A DNA stretch of 64,000 nucleotides from an uncultured Phycisphaerales bacterium (GTDB lineage: Bacteria > Planctomycetota > Phycisphaerae > Sedimentisphaerales > Anaerobacaceae), in contig CAVYYI010000004.1 of assembly GCA_963772725.1 (NCBI GenBank), positions 332,774 through 396,773 of the forward strand. The letters run 5' to 3'. Below the pieces are notes generated by a model. It had not been told where the DNA came from and made no database searches. It saw only the letters and a list, made by a program, of their open reading frames with translations. The position numbers were made by a program, and so were the translations under genes. Shown here one piece after another: positions 32,309 to 42,768 of this stretch. Positions within the stretch are counted from its first letter, which is position 1. Every line of letters begins with the position of its first letter.

Positions 32309-33646
32309 ATGAGTTCGAATGACATAGCAATCAGAGTTGAAAACATCAGCAAATGCTACCGCATCGGCTTAAAAAGTAAAGTTCACGACAGCTTTGGGGG
32401 CGCTTTGGTGGATTTCGTCAAAAGTCCGCTCACCAATTATCGAAAGTACCGTTCTCTTTATACTTTCAAGGATTTACAGTCTGATGAAAATATGGATGAT
32501 GATACAGGTGACTCAGGAGTAATCTGGGCGCTGAAAAAAGTATCCTTTGAGGTGCCTAAAGGTCATGTCCTCGGAATAATAGGAAGAAACGGAGCAGGCA
32601 AGTCTACACTTCTGAAAATTCTTTCCAAAATCACCGAACCCACAAGCGGACACGCCGAAATTCATGGAAAAATTTCGAGCCTTCTGGAAGTCGGCACCGG
32701 TTTTCATCCCGAACTTACCGGCAGAGAAAACGTCTATCTTAACGGCGCCGTGCTCGGTATGAAGAAAAAAGAAATAGACAGGAGATACGACGAGATTGTT
32801 GACTTCTCAGGGGTTGAGAAATTCATCCATACACCTGTTAAACGTTATTCCAGCGGTATGAAGGTAAGGCTTGCCTTTGCGGTTGCGGCCCATTTGCAGC
32901 CGGAAATTCTGATAATAGATGAGGTACTGGCAGTTGGAGACGCCGAGTTTCAGAGCAAGTGCCTTGGCAAAATGGACAGTATTACCAAAGAGGGCAGAAC
33001 AGTCCTGTTTGTCAGCCATAATATGGGTGCGCTCCTTCAACTATGTCCTTTCGCTATTATGCTTAATAAAGGCAGACTTGTTAACAGCGGTCCCTCAAAA
33101 AATATTGTTGACCATTATCTGACAAGTATTTTTTCAAAGGTAAATAGTCTCGACCTTAGAAACGTCCCGGTTCGTGATGGTAATGGAAAACTCAGATTTG
33201 TTTCCGTAAGATTGATGCGTGAGAATGGCGAATATACCGAAACACCGATTGCGGGACAGCCCATTGATATTGTCCTGGATTTTGAAACCAAGGGGGCTTT
33301 ATCTAAGGTTAAATTTGTACTTACTATTTTCAACCAGATGGGAATAGCGGTAACAAATTGCAGTGTTTATACGTCAGGTCTAAGTTTTGATCTTCCTGCC
33401 GGTAAAGGCCGCATAATCTGCCAAATTCCCAAATTGCCTCTGCCGCTGGGGCAATATAAAATTTCAATCTCCGCTGAAGATATCTCTAAACTCGATGAGA
33501 TTCCGACAGCTTGTATCTTTAATGTTCACACAAGTAATTTTTTCGATACTTCTTTTACTCCGCCAATGCGGTATTCCACGGCCCTTGTCGAACATTCATG
33601 GCAATTAGCCAACTCAAGACAAGAAGCGATTAAGATAGTAAGGTAG
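32309..33646 (+). CDS. wzt: Polysaccharide ABC transporter ATPase with Wzt C-terminal domain
   Basis: GRNGAGKST, YSSGMKVRLAF, IDEVLAVGD and a C-terminal beta domain. Confidence 0.92.
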   Translation: MSSNDIAIRVENISKCYRIGLKSKVHDSFGGALVDFVKSPLTNYRKYRSLYTFKDLQSDENMDDDTGDSGVIWALKKVSFEVPKGHVLGIIGRNGAGKSTLLKILSKITEPTSGHAEIHGKISSLLEVGTGFHPELTGRENVYLNGAVLGMKKKEIDRRYDEIVDFSGVEKFIHTPVKRYSSGMKVRLAFAVAAHLQPEILIIDEVLAVGDAEFQSKCLGKMDSITKEGRTVLFVSHNMGALLQLCPFAIMLNKGRLVNSGPSKNIVDHYLTSIFSKVNSLDLRNVPVRDGNGKLRFVSVRLMRENGEYTETPIAGQPIDIVLDFETKGALSKVKFVLTIFNQMGIAVTNCSVYTSGLSFDLPAGKGRIICQIPKLPLPLGQYKISISAEDISKLDEIPTACIFNVHTSNFFDTSFTPPMRYSTALVEHSWQLANSRQEAIKIVR

Positions 33647-33655
33647 TTTTCCGAA

Positions 33656-35455
33656 ATGGCAAATTTTATAATCACGATTGACGCGAACACTGACCGCCGC
33701 TCCCGATTCATCGAATCTATAAGGGGAAAGTTGTCTCCTGTAAAAGGCCTTATAGTTAATACTGTAAATACCGGGGATTTTTGTGCAGCCTGGGCTTCGA
33801 CGGTAAATGTGCCGATAAGTCAGGCTGTTGAAAAAGGCCGCGCCGCAGTAATATGGGGCGACCCCATCAGCGATGATATGCCGCAAAAGGTTGATGCGGA
33901 ACAGTTAATGAATTTATGGTCTAATCCTGACACGCGAATTAAATCTTTCTTTAACGGATTCTATGCCGCTGCCGTATATGGCGATGATGCCGGTTTGGCG
34001 GCAGGGGCGGATTTGCTTGGAATTTATCCTCTCTACTACTGGACGGATAACAATATACTGCTGGTTGGTTCCAGCCCGGAATTGTTTCGTTATCATCCCT
34101 GCTTTAAAACGGCGTTAAATCCTGAAGGACTGCTTTCTATTCTATTGACTATGCATATTTTCGATGGGCAGACTTTGTTAAAAGATGTCAAACGTCTCAA
34201 TGCGGGTCACATGCTTACCTGGCAGTCGGGACAGCCTGTTAAAGAAGTGATGCAGTACAAAATACGCCCGTCAACTGATTACTTTGCGCTGCCTTTCTCC
34301 GCACATGTGGATATTTTAAGCGAAGCTATGGCGAATACTCTTGTGCGTCATGTTCCGCGTGGAAAACATTATGGTCTGCTGCTTTCAGGCGGACTTGATT
34401 CGAGAATGCTGGCCGGCTATCTTAAAGAAAGAGATATAAATGTTGAAGCGATTACAATGGGGCTTGATGACGATATTGAAATGAAAGTTGCAAAACGTGT
34501 TGCCCGCTATCTTGATTTTCCGCAAATTACAATGGAAACCGGTTATAATGAATATCCGCAATGCGCAGCCTCACAGGTTGAATGGGAACATCTCTCAAAC
34601 GGTTTTAATGATATTATTAACTGGGGTGTAAGTCCTTATCTTGTTAATAAGCATTCACGTTTGATAATGGGGTACTCCGTAGATGCGGTCATCGGGACAA
34701 GATATATTAACTGGGCATATTCTGAGTCGTCAAAAAAAATGTCATTCGATTCCTTCTTCTCGCATATCAACAACTGGGCTATAAGAACTGACGTTTTAAA
34801 ACGTCTGCTTCGCAGCAGTATATTTTCTGAGGATATGATTTATGAAATGATTCGTCGGATAGAAAATACTTATAACAGCTATTCCGATATCGAATCTCAC
34901 CGTGCATGGTGCTTCAATCTGTATAACCGTCAACGGTTTCATGTGGGTAGTTCAGCGTGGGTGCTTTCATTTGGGTCGTGGCCTGTAATGCCCGCGCTTG
35001 ACCGAAAACTGCTGGAATGTGCGGCATCTATGCCGGCCGCCTCAATCGCCGAAAGACGCGCACAGGTTGAATTGGTTTGCAGACGTTTCCCTCGCCTGGC
35101 GGCGTTGCCCCTTGACCATAACAGCTATGATACCACACCTTTGATGCCGAGAATTCGATACCTCTTGGCGCATAATATTTATAAACGTCTTGGACTGAAC
35201 AAATTTTCTCGAAACGGTAAAGTAGAACACCGCTATTATTACAGAATTTATGACTTTAATAATCCGGGATGGCTGGCCGTCAGAAAACAGGCTGAACCAT
35301 ATCGTGAAAAATTATACGATATCTTTAATCGCGATGTCTTTAATGAACTTCTGCCTGCCCCGGATAATCCCGTTAATCTTCAGGATAAAATTATCGATGC
35401 CTCAGGCTTGAAGTCCCTTGTCGGCCTTATGCTTTGGGCAAAAAATAACTTATAA
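33656..35455 (+). CDS. Asparagine-synthetase-like amidotransferase lacking the N-terminal Cys
   Basis: Ntn-like N-domain (DLLGIYPLYY) and PP-loop LLSGGLDS; the protein starts MANF rather than MC. Confidence 0.75.
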   Translation: MANFIITIDANTDRRSRFIESIRGKLSPVKGLIVNTVNTGDFCAAWASTVNVPISQAVEKGRAAVIWGDPISDDMPQKVDAEQLMNLWSNPDTRIKSFFNGFYAAAVYGDDAGLAAGADLLGIYPLYYWTDNNILLVGSSPELFRYHPCFKTALNPEGLLSILLTMHIFDGQTLLKDVKRLNAGHMLTWQSGQPVKEVMQYKIRPSTDYFALPFSAHVDILSEAMANTLVRHVPRGKHYGLLLSGGLDSRMLAGYLKERDINVEAITMGLDDDIEMKVAKRVARYLDFPQITMETGYNEYPQCAASQVEWEHLSNGFNDIINWGVSPYLVNKHSRLIMGYSVDAVIGTRYINWAYSESSKKMSFDSFFSHINNWAIRTDVLKRLLRSSIFSEDMIYEMIRRIENTYNSYSDIESHRAWCFNLYNRQRFHVGSSAWVLSFGSWPVMPALDRKLLECAASMPAASIAERRAQVELVCRRFPRLAALPLDHNSYDTTPLMPRIRYLLAHNIYKRLGLNKFSRNGKVEHRYYYRIYDFNNPGWLAVRKQAEPYREKLYDIFNRDVFNELLPAPDNPVNLQDKIIDASGLKSLVGLMLWAKNNL

Positions 35456-35469
35456 GCTGGGAGGATAAA

Positions 35470-36699
35470 ATGCAAAATACTATACATATTTGGCCGCAGA
35501 ATTCCATTGAAACAAACGACCAAATAACTTTAAGCGTTGTTATAGAACGGGAGGGTGCCAGTCCCTTTAATCTCTGGTTTCGCATTCCGGCTGAGTATAA
35601 GGATAAACTAAGTGAAACATGTGACCCATTTGTTGTCGCCACTATTTTTCTTGCGATGAGAACATCAGTGAAGATGATTGTTCACGGTATTGTTTCTCCT
35701 TCCCTTTTGAGAAATCTCGAAGAGTTTCAGGCGGTATGGATTAACTGGCAGCCCGACAGGTATGCAAAAATCGATATCACTGGAACAATTGAATCTGAGC
35801 CGAATAATCATAATCATCGCAAAGGCGCGGTGATGGCTTTTTCTGGGGGATTAGATTCCTGTTTTACCGCGTATCGGCATAGAATGGATATATGCGGCCG
35901 TCAGCAGCGTAATATTCATGCAGGGGTGATGGTTCACGGTTTTGACATTCCTCTCGATGACAAAGGTACTTTTGATATCGCGGCAGAAAAGTCAAAAAAT
36001 ATACTCCAAAGTCTTGGAATTGAATTGATTCCTGTCGCTACAAATTTCAGAGATTTGGGCGATAACTGGGATGATGCCCATGCTGCCGGCATTGCGGCGT
36101 GCCTGATGCTATTTCAAAATGGCTACAAATGCGGCCTTATCAGCGGCAGTTTTTCCTATAATAGTTTCGGCCTTAACATCGGCTGGGGTTCCAATCCTCT
36201 TACAGACAGGTTTTTATCAAGCGGCAGTTTCGAGATTATAAATGACGGCTCAAGGTTCGACAGAGTAGATAAACTTGAATATATAGCATCGTGGCCCCAT
36301 GCCCTTGAAAATATGAGAGTTTGCTGGGAAGGCAAACACTTGGATCGTAACTGCTGTGAATGTGAAAAATGTATTCGCAACATTTTGAGCTTTTATGCTT
36401 TAGGGTTAAAACTGCCAAAATCTTTTGAAAAGGATATTACTGAGCAGCAAATTAAAAATGTGCGGGTTCCGGATTCAGCCATTTTGTTTGAATATAAATG
36501 TGCGCTTTCGACAGCGAAAAGCAGGGGGATAACTGCTCCCTGGGTTAAAGCGCTGGAAAAAGGTATCCAGTTAAACGAAAGGCGGCTGGCGAACCACAAT
36601 GGCAGCCTCTGGCGTAAAGTCAGGTCTAAGGTTGCGCTGCGTACCAGGCTTCGCAGACTAAATGCCAGGTATTTGCAAGGTTCCCAGAAAGAGAAATAG
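35470..36699 (+). CDS. PP-loop (adenine nucleotide alpha-hydrolase-like) protein with a Cys cluster
   Basis: AFSGGLDS, GWGSNP, RVCW...NCCECEKC. Confidence 0.6.
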   Translation: MQNTIHIWPQNSIETNDQITLSVVIEREGASPFNLWFRIPAEYKDKLSETCDPFVVATIFLAMRTSVKMIVHGIVSPSLLRNLEEFQAVWINWQPDRYAKIDITGTIESEPNNHNHRKGAVMAFSGGLDSCFTAYRHRMDICGRQQRNIHAGVMVHGFDIPLDDKGTFDIAAEKSKNILQSLGIELIPVATNFRDLGDNWDDAHAAGIAACLMLFQNGYKCGLISGSFSYNSFGLNIGWGSNPLTDRFLSSGSFEIINDGSRFDRVDKLEYIASWPHALENMRVCWEGKHLDRNCCECEKCIRNILSFYALGLKLPKSFEKDITEQQIKNVRVPDSAILFEYKCALSTAKSRGITAPWVKALEKGIQLNERRLANHNGSLWRKVRSKVALRTRLRRLNARYLQGSQKEK

Positions 36700-36702
36700 C
36701 AG

Positions 36703-38007
36703 ATGGTTGGAATTATGAAAATTTTAGTCGAAAACGGCTGTTATGATTTACAGAATATGGGCGACGTCGCCATGCTTCAGGTGGCGGTCGAAAGGCTGCG
36801 TCAATTATGGCCGGACGCCTTGATACAGGTTATTACCGCAAGACCCGACCTGCTGGCGAGGTATTGCCCTGACGCCAGAGCGATACCGGCGGCAGGCCGC
36901 TGCGGCTGGTTTTATGACAGAAATATCCTTGGAAAACTTCACAATCTTATGCCCAGGTCTTTAGACCACAGTTTTACGGAATTGACCAGGTCGCTTCGCC
37001 GCTTGAAGCCTAACGTTATGCACAATCTGCTTATGTTCAAAGCTAAAATTCACCAAAGGAACATAAATGATGTCAATCTTTTTATTGACGCTGTTTTTGA
37101 TGCTGACCTCATTGCTCTTAGCGGCGGGGGGGATATAAATGACAGTTTCTCTGATTTCGCTTTCACTTTATTTGAAATTCTTGAATTAGCGATTCAGAGA
37201 GGCATACCAACTGTCCTGTTTGGACAGGGTATTGGGCCGATTAATAATCCAACGCTGAAAAAACGTGCCGCGGAGGTCCTTCCTTTAGTTGATTTAATCG
37301 CCATACGAGAGAAATTAACGTCTCTGCCCCTGCTTGAATCATTGAATGTCCCCCGGAGAAAAATTATCGTAAGCGGCGATGACGCTATTGAATTGGCGTA
37401 TAAAAACCATTCAGCAAAATCCGGTTCCGCGATTGGTGTCAACATCAGGGTATCATCTTATTCCGGGATAGATTCACACGACATAGAAAGTATCCGCGGT
37501 ACATTATGGTCTCTCGCAGAAGAACATAGAGCCTCTTTACTGCCCGTACCGATTTCATTCTATGCACACGAATCAGATATTGAAGCAGCCAGGAAATTAA
37601 TAGGTGGAAAGTTCAGTATCCCTGAGTCTTGTTTACATCTCAATGACCCGCTTGACATTGTTAATTTGATTAGAGATTGCCGGGTCGTAGTAACCGGCAG
37701 TTATCATTCAGCGGTTTTTGCTCTCGCGCAGGGAATACCGGCGGTGTGTATTGCAAGGTCGGAATATTATAAAGATAAATTTATGGGCCTGATGTCCCAG
37801 TTTAAAACTCCAGGCGACGTGATTTTTTGGGATGATGACCAGCGTATCGAAATGCTGCATAAAGCCATCGATAAAGCCTGGAAATTCGCGGAACATTTAA
37901 AACCTTGTCTTCTAAAAGCGGCTAAACGTCAAATTACATCAAGTAAAAACGCCTACAATCAGGCGTACCGCATTTTAGAAGCAAAAAAAGAACCGGTATA
38001 TTGTTAA
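36703..38007 (+). CDS. Polysaccharide pyruvyl transferase (WcaK/CsaB family)
   Basis: NMGDVAM, SGGG, GQGIGP, IREK, GSYHSAV. Confidence 0.85.
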   Translation: MVGIMKILVENGCYDLQNMGDVAMLQVAVERLRQLWPDALIQVITARPDLLARYCPDARAIPAAGRCGWFYDRNILGKLHNLMPRSLDHSFTELTRSLRRLKPNVMHNLLMFKAKIHQRNINDVNLFIDAVFDADLIALSGGGDINDSFSDFAFTLFEILELAIQRGIPTVLFGQGIGPINNPTLKKRAAEVLPLVDLIAIREKLTSLPLLESLNVPRRKIIVSGDDAIELAYKNHSAKSGSAIGVNIRVSSYSGIDSHDIESIRGTLWSLAEEHRASLLPVPISFYAHESDIEAARKLIGGKFSIPESCLHLNDPLDIVNLIRDCRVVVTGSYHSAVFALAQGIPAVCIARSEYYKDKFMGLMSQFKTPGDVIFWDDDQRIEMLHKAIDKAWKFAEHLKPCLLKAAKRQITSSKNAYNQAYRILEAKKEPVYC

Positions 38008-38028
38008 TAAGGAAAGATTAGTTGGAAT

Positions 38029-38820
38029 ATGTCAAATAACCGAAATCTTCTGAAACGCTCCGCGGCGTTTATCCAACGAAAGCTGTTGGGGGCGATAACA
38101 AATGTTTCGACCTCACGCAGGGCAGCTTCTTTGACTTTCGATGATGGGCCAAATCCGAACTTTACCCCGCGACTTCTGAAATTATTAAATGAATACGGCG
38201 CTAAAGCGACTTTTTTTGTCGTCGGAAAACAGGCGGCACGGTACCCGGAATTGATAAAAAGCACCATTAGCGCAGGACACGCCATAGGTAACCATTCATG
38301 GGACCATTCGTCTTTTCCCCTTCTGACCGCAAAATATAGAAAGGGGCAACTACTCGCCTGCAGCAGGGTACTGGCTCCGTACAAGCCGGCTTTGTTTCGT
38401 CCACCTTACGGACATCTAAATTTGCTTTCAAAACTTGATGTTCGTTTGCTTGGCTATAAAATCATCATGTGGAGTATAGTGGCAGAGGACTGGCTTGACC
38501 ATTCCGCACAGACGATGGCTGAGAAAGTAATTAATGAAATCCAGCCGGGCGGTATCATTCTGTTCCACGATTCACTTTACACCGTTATGGACGCAAAGTA
38601 TGCCGACAGGCAGCCTACACTGGATGCGGTTCGAATAGTTCTGAATAAACTTAATGGGCAGTACGACTTTATTACTGTCCCGGAATTGCTGAAATTAGGC
38701 AAACATCAAAAAACAAACTGGTACAGTCAACCTGATACACAATGGCTTAAACAACTTAAAAAAGGAGACATAGCGGATGACCAGCGAAATAGACATTTCA
38801 GTAATTATTGCCACGCATAA
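38029..38820 (+). CDS. Polysaccharide deacetylase (CE4/NodB)
   Basis: LTFDDGP, NHSWDH, FRPPYG, IILFHD. Confidence 0.92.
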   Translation: MSNNRNLLKRSAAFIQRKLLGAITNVSTSRRAASLTFDDGPNPNFTPRLLKLLNEYGAKATFFVVGKQAARYPELIKSTISAGHAIGNHSWDHSSFPLLTAKYRKGQLLACSRVLAPYKPALFRPPYGHLNLLSKLDVRLLGYKIIMWSIVAEDWLDHSAQTMAEKVINEIQPGGIILFHDSLYTVMDAKYADRQPTLDAVRIVLNKLNGQYDFITVPELLKLGKHQKTNWYSQPDTQWLKQLKKGDIADDQRNRHFSNYCHA

Positions 38821-39736
38821 TCGTGCCGATATTCTCAACGACACACTCAGGCACATGGAGCTTCTTGACCGTCAGGGTATAAATGTTGAGTTTGTAATCG
38901 TTGATAATAACTCTTCTGATATAACAAGATTGATAATTGAAAGTTTTATGGACAAGCTGCCTATTCGTTATCTTTTTGAGGCCGAGCCTGGACAAAACGC
39001 CGCAAGAAACCGTGCATTAGCCGATGCACCTCTCGGCAAAATAGTGGTCTTTACCGATGATGATATTGAACCTGAGAAAAACTGGTTTCAGGTCATCCTT
39101 GCCGTCTGTAACCGCTGGCCGCAATATAATATTTTCGGAGGCAGAATCTACCCGCTTTTGCCTGATTCACCTAAACCAAAGTGGACGGAATTGCGCTTTG
39201 TTCAGGAATTAGGTTTTGCCCTTCACGAATATGACCACTCTGAAACCCTCTATGCTGTCGAAAAATATCCTTCCAGCGGCAATATGTGGTTCAGGCGCAG
39301 CATCTTTGACGACGGAAGCAGGTTCGATGAGGCAATAGCCTGGCATCCGAAAAATCGTATTATGGCAACTGAAACTATCTTTTTAAAACGTCTGGTCGAG
39401 CAAGGCCAGAGAATTGTACACTGCCCTGAAGTGGTAGTGAGCCACAAAATCACTGCCCGGGAGATAACACTTGTTCATCTCTTAAAGAGGGCTTATAGCT
39501 GGGGTAGGGGAATGACGTACATAAGAGGCGTGTGCCGAAAAGAAACGCTAAATAAAAATCCCGTGTACTGGTACTGCATACGCCTCGCGGCTCTTATGCG
39601 TATCTGTCTTAAACTGGCTATTGCAATGCCAGCCCTTGCCATCCAAAAACCAAAAGCAGCGGTATACGCCATGCAGTGGCTGGGTTTTAACATCGAGCAG
39701 ATCAGCATGGTCTCAAGTCATAATAAAAGGGGATAA
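38777..39736 (+). CDS. Glycosyltransferase family 2
   Basis: SVIIATHNR, VDNNS, ARN, FTDDD. Confidence 0.9.
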   Translation: MTSEIDISVIIATHNRADILNDTLRHMELLDRQGINVEFVIVDNNSSDITRLIIESFMDKLPIRYLFEAEPGQNAARNRALADAPLGKIVVFTDDDIEPEKNWFQVILAVCNRWPQYNIFGGRIYPLLPDSPKPKWTELRFVQELGFALHEYDHSETLYAVEKYPSSGNMWFRRSIFDDGSRFDEAIAWHPKNRIMATETIFLKRLVEQGQRIVHCPEVVVSHKITAREITLVHLLKRAYSWGRGMTYIRGVCRKETLNKNPVYWYCIRLAALMRICLKLAIAMPALAIQKPKAAVYAMQWLGFNIEQISMVSSHNKRG

Positions 39737-39740
39737 TTCA

Positions 39741-40687
39741 TTGGCTCAAATAAGCATAATAATTCCGCTTTATACTAAAGCTAAATTCATAGCCCTGCGC
39801 TGAATTCGGTATTCGCCCAGACTTTTGAGAATTATGAAGTTATTGTTGTGGATGATGGCTCGACCGATAACGGCCCGGAAATTGTCGCTGCTTACAAAGA
39901 CTCGCGATTGAAGCTTATCAGGCAGGCTAATGCCGGCCCTGGCGCCGCTCGCAACAGGGGATTGGCTGAAAGTAAAAGTCCATTAGTCGCCTTTCTCGAT
40001 GCGGACGATGAATGGATGCCTGAGTTTCTTGAAACCTCTTTGATGGTATTGGAGGCTAATCCAGATTGTGATATCACAGCGGCAACTTATTTTATGGGTG
40101 AAAAACGTCAGGATGCGACCGATATATTCTGGCGGTACGGTATGACTCAGGGACCATGGCGGCTTTCAGAAAATATCTCCGACCACGAACTAAAGCACGC
40201 CATTTATATTTTGCACAGCAGTTCAACGCTGGCCAAAAGACATATAATTGAAAAATACGGCGGCTTCTATACCGCAAACCATTGCACGCTCGGCGAAGAC
40301 TATTATCTCTGGCTGCAGATTATGCTTAATCACAAAATCTATCGAATTATGAAACCTCTATGGTGGTTTCACACTGAAGCATCGGAACTCGGGTTACCAC
40401 AAAAACAAAATATGGCCGCCCAGCCGTTCCTGACTGATATTCAACCTGTTAGAGATAATTGTCCCGCTGAACTTCTTCCTGTGCTTGACAGATGGCTTGC
40501 GTTGTTTGCTCTGAATGTCGCCCATGAATGCAGTTATAATGGAAATCCTTCTGTCGCTCGGGATTTAATCAGGCGTTTCCCTGCGATGAGAAGTTTTTAC
40601 AGAGAGTACACAAAGCTCAGAATAAAAATGTTTATTCCGCAGCTTATACCAGTTGTCAGATATTTCAAGCATTTGAAACAAATATGA
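39741..40687 (+). CDS. Glycosyltransferase family 2; frameshift ~39795
   Basis: TTG start (AQISIIIPLY) joins ALNSVFAQTFENYEVIVVDDGS...FLDADD. Confidence 0.85.
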
Positions 40688-41930
40688 AAGTTTGCCTTCT
40701 AACATTGGAATGGCCCCCTTATGGTGGCGGAATCGGTACATATATGTATAACCTTGCGCAAGGTCTTTCAGCTTTGGGACACGATGTGACGGTGATAACT
40801 CACGACATGACACCTGAACATACAGATGGAGCCAGAATCATAGAAGTGCCTCTGCCTAATCCCCCGGGAATGTTGCGGAGGAAATTGTGTCGATGGCAGT
40901 GGGAACCTCATCATACCTGGTCCAGCCGCGCATGGCGATATTTTAACAGCATCGAAGACGCAAACTCATTCGACATTATCGAGACCGCTGAATATGGCTC
41001 TTGGGCAAGACATTTCATAGGCCAAGTAAATAAACCTATCGTTGTAAGATGTCATACCCCCGCGCTGGGTGTGCAGGAAATACCGTCAAACGGCGACGGC
41101 CAATGGAAAATGCCTTTGTGGCTTAACCTTGAGAATAAACGTGAGAGATTCCAGACGGCCCACGCTAACGCGATTAGCACTCCAAGTTTTGTCTTATCCA
41201 ATCATATCAGTCTGAGCTGGGCAATCCCGAGTAGCAGAATTACTGTGTTGCCGAACCCTGTTGATACACGGCTATTTCACCCGCTCAAAGCACCTGGCAA
41301 CGAAAATTTAAGCAGGAAAAAGGAACTTCTTTATGTGGGCAGGCTTCAATATAACAAAGGTGTCTTTGATCTGATTGACTCTGTTAAACCGCTATTAAAA
41401 GAACATCCGGATTTGACTGTTCGCCTAATAGGAAAAGACATCAAAGCGCAAGATGTATTACCCATTCCGGCAGGATGGCCTCGGAAGAAATACTTTCACG
41501 TATTCCTTCCCAGTATCATAAGCAAATAATAATAACCGGATGGATTTCACTTTCCGAACTTATCTCTTGTCAGCAAAAAGCGATGTGTGCCGTGGTTCCA
41601 AGCCGCGGATTTGAAAGTTTTTCATATACTCTTGTAGAACACATGGCATGCGGAACGGCTGTGGTTGCGAGTCATTGCGGCGGCCCGACAGAAATTATAA
41701 CACATGGCGTCGACGGACTCCTCGTACCGCCGGGAGACAGGGACGCTCTTACATCGGCACTGAGACAATTGATAGAAAATCCTCGCCTCTGTGAGCAACT
41801 GGGCCAGCAGGCAAGAAAAAAAGTCGAAGAACAATTTTCAATTTCGGTCGTTACCCCGCGTATCGTAAAGTGGTATAAGCAAATTATTGAGAACTACAAA
41901 AATGATAAGCTGCGTAATCAGAACATTTAA
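40684..41930 (+). CDS. Glycosyltransferase family 4; frameshift ~41455
   Basis: GGGIGTY, PNPVD and YVGRL..KG in the first ORF; ESFSYTLVEHMACG in the second. Confidence 0.85.
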
Positions 41931-42744
41931 TGAGGGCGATTCAATCGGCAGACTTATTGAAACGTTCCGCGCCGAAAAAAATATCGGCGATGATTTGGAA
42001 ATAATCATTGTGGACAGCGGTTCAACTGATGCGACCGTGAATATTGTTAAAGCCCATAACGTCAAATTAATCAGCATTAAAAAAGAAGAATTCAGCTATT
42101 CCTATTCGTTGAATCTTGGGATTGAGCGAAGCCGCGGCGATATTATCGTTATCCTTTCCGGGCACGCGATTCCCTGTGACGACACATGGCTTGAAAAAAT
42201 GCTCTCTCATTTCGAAGACAATAAAGTCGCAGGAGTTTATTGCAGGCAGATTCCATGGCCTCACGCGGACCTGCATGAAGTTGTCAGATTGAAAAAAACT
42301 TTTGGCCCGATTTCAGAAATATTTGATTCTGCCGGCAGCACGGCAAATATGCACTTCAGTAACGCCGCGTCCTGTATTCGACGCAGCGTTTGGAAGAGAT
42401 ATCCATTTGTGGAAATGCCCGCTGCTGAAGACAGCCATTGGGCAAACTTTGTCGTAATCAATAGATATAAAATCGTATATGATGCCGTCGCCTCGGTTTA
42501 TCATTCGCATACTGAACCATGCAGAAAAGCGGCAAGACGAGTAATCGAACTGGAAAAATCCGCTGATATTATTAACCATCGCCAAAGAACAATTTTGCTT
42601 ACAGCTAAACAATCTGTCGGCTGGTTTGTGCGGGATATTAAGGAAATTGCCAAAGCCAACGCCGGTATTTACCAAAAATTTAAACATCTTATGCGTTCCG
42701 TGAAGAAATGCTTCTGGTATGCGCTGGACTTTGACAGGATATAA
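41902..42744 (+). CDS. Glycosyltransferase family 2 (rhamnosyltransferase-like)
   Basis: ATG 41902; ISCVIRTFNE, VDSGSTD, FSNAAS, AED. Confidence 0.85.
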   Translation: MISCVIRTFNEGDSIGRLIETFRAEKNIGDDLEIIIVDSGSTDATVNIVKAHNVKLISIKKEEFSYSYSLNLGIERSRGDIIVILSGHAIPCDDTWLEKMLSHFEDNKVAGVYCRQIPWPHADLHEVVRLKKTFGPISEIFDSAGSTANMHFSNAASCIRRSVWKRYPFVEMPAAEDSHWANFVVINRYKIVYDAVASVYHSHTEPCRKAARRVIELEKSADIINHRQRTILLTAKQSVGWFVRDIKEIAKANAGIYQKFKHLMRSVKKCFWYALDFDRI

Positions 42745-42768
42745 CTAATCATTATAAAGGATTAAATT

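Noticed and set aside
33656..35455. Lasso-peptide cyclase
   Set aside because: No precursor peptide, B protein or RRE gene is nearby, and the context is polysaccharide biosynthesis.
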